Shown here: one piece after another, positions 56,363 through 64,000 of the stretch
Numbering within the stretch: position 1 is the stretch's first letter
How the letters are laid out: the number at the start of each line of letters is the position of its first letter
Assembly (NCBI RefSeq): GCF_009914755.1
Contig: NC_060929.1
DNA length: 64,000 nt
Reading direction: 5' to 3' (one strand)
DNA from: the human T2T-CHM13v2.0 reference genome, Homo sapiens
Notes under the pieces: model-generated
The model's input: only the letters and a program-made list of their open reading frames with translations
The model's database searches: none
What the model was told of the DNA's origin: nothing
Made by a program: the position numbers and the translations under genes

Positions 56363-57728
56363 ACATCATTCTTTTTCTAAAGAAATGTTTGTCTTTTTCT
56401 CATTTTTTCAAAAGTAATGTATGCTCATTGTGGAAAAAATTGGAAAATCCAGGAAGAATGTTAAAGAAAAAGCTAAAATACCCACTATCTCAACACCAAG
56501 TAAAAACCACTGTAACTATTTTGATATCTTTGAACTTAAAGTGTATACTGCGTATGGCATGTTTTACTTTTGTGGCTTCTTTTGGAATGTTATAAAGCCT
56601 CTGCCTTGAAAAGGAACCAGTTTAAGAGTGAGAGCCTTACTAACTAGTTACTATACTAATTTTTAAAAAATATCTGGAGGCCTTTTACGTAAGGGTAAGA
56701 ACACTTTTTTGACATGTTGTTTAGTGCCCACCTTATTAAAGATGTATAATAAATGATATTAAACAACTGTTACTTGTTTAAACAGTCATAAAAGTGAGTT
56801 CCTTGAAAGAGTTGGAATAATTTAGTAGAAATGATGTTTTGAGTACTTCAGATACCTTAAAGAGCAGGTGAAATGCCCAGGTACGTTATTACAAACTTAC
56901 TACACTGGAACCTATTCTGTAAGACCCATACTACAAGTTTCACTCATTTTGTTTATTATTTATAACTAGTTTTGAGTTGTCCTTGGCTATTATATTATTT
57001 TGATACCTACCCAGAATTGACATAATCTTCGTGGCACCAGAAACAAAAGAATACCCTTTCAAACCTGCCATGATTACAGATCTGGGTTTCGGATGGATCA
57101 CTTGTGAGTCAGAACATGGCGCAACTTTGGGTTCTTCTCCCATGGCGAGTCAGACCCTGGCCACAGGCATCAGGCTAAACTTTCTTTGTTTAAAAAAAAA
57201 AAAAAAAAATCAGACCGCATTTAAGTACCCGGCTTTCAGGTAGGTCTTTATTTACAATCTGGTCCCCACCCCTGCCCCCCTTCCCCATTACCCTGAAATA
57301 ATTTACTTTCTTAAGTCTCACTTGACCAGCATTGTATAATCCATTGTCCTGTCATAATGATGTATTGGCCTGATCCATTAACATTATTAAAAGCTTATGT
57401 ATGCCTTTTAAATATTTTTTTTTTAATTAGTTGGGCTTTCTAGAGGTTTTCATCCCCTGGGAGACAAGGGATTGACTGTACCCAGTGATCCTTAGGCTTT
57501 TGGGCTGATTTATCATCTCAGATCATGTTTCTAGTCCTGCCTCCACTTAGTTAGTGGATGTGACCACCAGTGCTGGACCCTCTTTCTACCCGGTGTTTCT
57601 GTCACCACCTATGCTCCTTGGTTCTTCCTTATCTTGGGGCACTTCCTTTGTTTTCTGGGACTATTTAGTTTACTCAAAGTTCTTGGTCTTTATTCTTTCA
57701 TGTAGTATAAATAGTATAAAAATATCTA

Positions 57729-58254
<526 letters not shown>

Positions 58255-61200
58255 TTAATAATGCTCCCCAACTTGTTAAAGTCAATATAAATACACATTC
58301 GCTATTTATCTCTTTTTTTTATTACAACTTCCTTTTTGGACACTGTATATTATTCTCTTGATTATTGTTTTGAACCTGTGGCCTTTCTCAGACTTAACCA
58401 AGATTAATATCTCTTTCTTTTTGATGAACCAGATTGTTTCAGCTTGGTCAGTCTGAGCTCTTTCTGGCCCACTTCCTTGTCCTTCTAGCACCGTCCCTGA
58501 CATTCTTTGAAATATCCTTGCTCGTGGTCACAACAGGATGTTCCAGTCCTATCCTGATTATTTCTGCTTTGAGATGTGGAACCACCACTCTCTAGGGATT
58601 CCTCTTAAAAGTCATGTGTTTATATTAATTTTTCAAGTTTAACCTTATTAGCTTACTGGATTCTGCTTTTCTTGCTGTCTAGTTCATTTGACCATTGAGA
58701 TTCTTCTACATGGGCAGCCACAAACGGAAGCTATGTCTGCCTCTCCTCTGTGATAGGATTACTCTTCCCGCTGCTGATACTGTAGCTGTGTCGCAGCAGC
58801 CATGTTTTCAGGTGCAATGGTGATGCCATGGCTCTGGCAGACCCACTTCTGGTTCACCAGCCGTCCAGGTACTCTGGGAGCTTTGTGGAGTAGAGTTTGT
58901 CTAGCCAGCTCCCACACAGCCAGGTGGCTGTCTTGCTTACCAGGTGGCCTTTGAACCTGCTCCTCAGGCATTAATGCATAACTTTCCTTGTCTTAACACT
59001 CTGTTCCCTTAGAACCTTTTCCTTCCCTAAGAAACTGATTGAACCCTTATATCAGATTGATTATATCTCTAACAGTGAACATATTTGCATTTATAAATAA
59101 GATTTCCAAAGACAGTTTCTTAGCTCAAAGGACAGGCTCTAATCCTAGGTTCTCAGAAGGGATATCTGGAGATGGCAGTATTTGGAAGTAAGGTGAGGGA
59201 GGCAGTTGCACCTGCTTATTTCTTTCAAGTCCTTCCTTGCTCAGAATTCTCTCTGTGCTCTGAACCATTCCTTTCCCTTTCCTCCTCTTTCTGTCCTAAA
59301 TTAGTATGGTGGTTATGCCTTTCTGTCTTCCTAAATTCTGAGCTCTTAAGAGACTATGAACCACATCTTGTTACTTCATACAGCTTACGTGCTATTGATT
59401 CCAAGTTAAAGTCTCTGGAGTTTGTATATTTAACTCTTCAGGAGGTTTAATTGAACTAATTTCTCTATGATAAGGCTACCTCAGGATTCCTTTGGTTTGG
59501 GGCTGAAAATTAGGTATAGAACCCTGGATTTTGATATGATATTGGCAGTGATATATGTGACTAAGATGGAAAAATTTGGTTCAGTAAATAAAACTATTTC
59601 AAACATGGAGTCTGTGGTGAAATAGAGATTCTTGGCATTGGAAAAAGTAAGAAAACCACTTTGATAGGTTATCAATAAGTGTTTGTATACAAAGGACACA
59701 TTTATTTAACAAAGAATAGTAAGAACAAAGGTTAACACAAATGGAGCTTTTAACTATGTGCCTGGCACTGCACAAAATACTGTACTGGTATAATCTCATT
59801 TTATCTTCATAACATATCTGTGCAGTGGTCACTATTATTACTCCCATTTTATCACCAAGGCAGTTGAGGCACAGAGAGGCTGCCGAAGGTCACACAGTTA
59901 GTAAAAACCAGGATATGTGAGAACTGAACCTGTGCTATTATGAATTCAGCCAGCCAATGGCTTCAAAAGAAGTCAATTATTTCCCTACTTCTAAGAAAAT
60001 TAAAAGAACACTGGTATCAGACTTGAACTTCAGCACAGGCCTCTCAGCTATTATATTTAACATGTTTTAAATGAAGAATCATGGAACTTGAGAAGGGGAA
60101 GGGCCTTGGGAAGTTATTGTAGTCTAAGTCATTCATTTCACAGATAAGGGAACTGAAAGCTTGGGTTACGTGACTTGCTCTTAGTCACACACTGAGGTTT
60201 TACCAGTTTTGGGACCAGGATTCAGCGCTTCTGGATTCTAGTCCTGTGGTCTTTCTGCTCTACCATGAGGCTTTGATATACAAACATTCATTCCACATGT
60301 TATAGTACAAAATGAGCTACACATAATGTGATCCAAGAAAGCTGAAATAAATTTAGCTCCTGCCTTTTAAGTTTGCATTTCATTACGATAGTACCTTTTA
60401 GTGTATATCCTGAAAGTATAGAAAAAACTAATACCACTAGTTTTATCTTGAAAGTGGTAGAAAAAACTAATGCCATGTGATATTGGCAGTAATGTATGTG
60501 ACTAAGATGGAAAAATTTGGTTCAGTAGATAACAACTACTACTACTACTACTACTATATACTACTTTCATGATATACACTAAATGGTATTTTTTAAAACT
60601 TTCTTTATTGCTTCCTGGACTTTAAGTGATATTATTTGTACAAGTAGGAGCACATGGGTCAATGAGTCGGTAGCTACCTCTGGGCAACCCCTCCGTTGCT
60701 GGCCTCACTCAGCTGCACAGGTGTGCTGTAGCTTTTGGTGTGGTAGGAGGCTTGCTACCTCACAAAAAGTGCTCTCTTAGACATGAGAAGCAAAGGTGAC
60801 ATTAATTCCATGACTTCCTTTGGAATGCTCTCAGCCCTTTGACTTGGCTGTTAGGTACCAAACGGTGCTTAATAAATTAACTGTTGAAGAGCTACATGAG
60901 ATTGGCACTTTTTCTATTCGATGGGCTTTTTTGTTTTTTAGATTAAGACTTGATTTCCTATATACTTCAGGTAATAAGCAGCCTCATTTGAATTTAAATG
61001 CTTGGGAAGGAAGTTTGCTATTGCTGTTTCTTTTCAGCATGGGAATACTGGGTAAACACAGTTTCCTGATAAACATTTGCCCGTTTGAGTAATCAGCTGG
61101 GAAGCACCTCCCACACAGAGATTAGGTGTAAAACGCCCATACCATGAAAAGTGATCTTTCCAAAGCTAACAGTTTAAACCTCAACATCAATGATTTAAAA

Positions 61201-61600
61201 AAAAAGAAAAAAAGTTGAAAATTGAGGCCAAACAGAAACTATACAATATTTTTTTTAATTTTTTAGTAAATGAGATTTTTTGATATATGCAAATGAGATC
61301 TTTACCTGATCAATATTAGCTTAAGAAAATATCAGACTTAAATTTAAAAGCAAAGATTCTTCCATGTTCAGAAAGCTAACTTCTCAGCACCACCTTGTGG
61401 TAACTTTTACTTAAGCCAGGATGTTTGTTTATTGTAAGATTTATATTAATATTACATTGTACAATGGAGAAATTAAAAATGTAATTGGAAATAGCTATCT
61501 AACTTCTTTATCATCAAAGGGGAAAATTAACAGTTTAGTATAAACATTTTACTTCATGTTATCATCAAACCTATATTTTGTGGTAGCCTAAGTACCTTAA

Positions 61601-61922
<322 letters not shown>

Positions 61923-63256
61923 GAGAAAAATATTTTTATATAGGAGCTGTTCCATAAATAGTAATTAAATGAATGAATGGATAAACAGAGCATAATGTGA
62001 AAACAGTTGCATCAAGATCATTGAGCACAGCTGTCTTATCCCCTTTCCAAAACTAACATGAAATTAACTACAGTAATAACTTTTAAAAAATACATTTGCG
62101 ATAAAAATGCCATCTACTAACCAGAAATTTGAACAACCCCTAACATGAAGTAAACAGACAGAATTCGATTGACTGAGAAACAAACTGGGAGAAGATCACA
62201 GCCCACAAAACGCTGGGGGTTGCAGCAGAGGTAGGAGCTGTCGTGAGGTTTGCTCCAAGCAAAGGGGACAGCAAGGAAAAGAAGAGCCTCAAAGTGAGCA
62301 ATCGTCAGCCTAGGACCAGCAGAACTATATGGCCCTTCCCTAAAGCAGCAAGTGTAGATGCTGATAGCGGGATAGCATGCCGGTACCCAAGACAGCTAAT
62401 GACCTCAAGAAGGAACAGAGAGTCCCCAGTCTGAGAAGGAAAGACACTGGTTCCCTTCTGGCGTCCGTTCCATTGCTCTCTACAGCTTCTTAATGCTGGC
62501 TCCTGACATGCGGATCTGCAGTGAATGACCAACAAACAGCAAGTCTCAAACACTAAGATGAGTCCCAGATCAGAAGATGTCAGACATTTGAAGGAAACTG
62601 CCACTGAAGGAAGCATTAGATTCACCAAACAGAACCAAGACCCAAGGAACAAATGAAAATATTAAAATATGTGCAATTGATGATTCATTCAATTTATGTT
62701 CAACAAATATTTATTGAGCACTTACATTTATACACAGAAGAACCAAAGATAAAACTCTAAGAAGGAAAATTTGGTATAGATAAAATCAGAAAAACAGTTA
62801 ATAAAATTTGTAGATATCTAAATTATTGGTGGATATAATTAAAAAAGCATGAATCTAAAATTCTAAATTATCTCAATATTCCACAGGTGGGAAAGTTAGA
62901 GGTGGAAGCATCTAAGGATAATAGATACCAATTAGTTTAGGCTTTGATAGAAAAATGTAAAAGTATATTAAAACTTCAGCAGGATATTAGTATAGGTAAT
63001 ATATATTAAAGATGCAGCACATTAAGTACTTGAAATAAGTATAAAATTTGTTGCTTGAAGACATTTTATGGATGTCTGCTTACATTTTACTGTATAACAT
63101 TTTCTAAATTTCACTTTTTTTATAGTTTTCTTTGTAAATTAGGTATATTTTTGAATTTGTAAAAAGAGGAGGAAAGTGCAAATCAGGTAGTATGAAAGAA
63201 ATTGAAGTGATACAATTATACATTTTTGATTATTTGTTCATCTATTCTCATTTCTT

Positions 63257-63564
63257 TTTTTCTTTTTTTCTTTTTTTTTTTGAGGTGGACTTTCACTCTT
63301 GCTGCCCAGGCTGGAATGCAATGGTGCAAATTCAGCTCACCACAAACCTCCACCTCCTGGGTTCAAGCGATTCTCCTGCCTCAGCCTCCCGAGTAGTTGG
63401 GGTTACAGGCATGTGCCACCATGCCCAGCTAATTTTGTATTTTTAGTAGAGACAGGGTTTCTCCATGTTGGTCAGGCTGGTCTTGAGCTCTCAACCTCAG
63501 GTGATTTGCCTGCCTCGGCCTCCCAAAGTGCTAGGATTACAGTCGTGAGCCACCGCCCCCAGCT
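63257..63564 (-). mobile_element. AluSp-like
   Basis: ctcaccac and tttctccatgttggtcagg diagnostics; TSD AT(C/G)TATTCTCATTTCTT. Confidence 0.9.
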
Positions 63565-64000
63565 ATGTATTCTCATTTCTTAAATGATGGCTTGATCTCC
63601 ATTCACCCCCCAAATTCTTTTGCAGTTTATCTTGCCTGTTAAATTCTGTTTAATTTTGTCGTTCCCATTACTAGAAAGGAGCAAGTGAAGAGGTTGACAT
63701 TTCATTGTTCCAAGTAATATGAGCACCCTTTTAACTGGAATTTTTTCCCTATGTAATAATGAGTTGAGAATTGGTTCATAAAATATTATGGTTTTGAAAA
63801 TGTCAGCATGGTATCTTAATGATCTAGCTTTAATTATAATGACTTGTTGGCATGAACCTTTGGTAGTAAAGTCTTCAGAGGCTGTGTAAAGTAAACAGTT
63901 TTATATCCATGATAATGTCTAAAGACCTAGAACTTTAACTAAGGAATGTATCCTCTCTTGCTAGTTTGGGATTATGAATACATAATGGCTATTTCACTTT

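Overview
Hominid (most likely human) genomic DNA lying entirely inside the IQGAP2 gene on the + strand. It holds three coding exons (40147-40303, 48331-48408, 53444-53520; probably exons 3-5) encoding most of the calponin-homology domain. The rest is intron, dense in repeats: more than 20 Alus, one full-length antisense SVA nested in a MaLR element, THE1/MLT1/LTR9-like LTRs, old L1/L2/MIR fragments and several DNA-transposon MITEs. The ORFs in the supplied track are repeat-derived or chance ORFs. I see no complete new multi-gene system. The most unusual signals are: two complex templated-insertion scars (50.1-50.3 kb and 60.4-60.6 kb); a tiny two-hairpin retroposed RNA (13.5 kb); an orphan polyadenylated insert (47.1 kb); and the fact that the three exons, if back-spliced, give a 312-nt stop-free circular ORF. 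Repeat family names come from recalled consensus sequences, not a search, and boundaries of old repeats are approximate.
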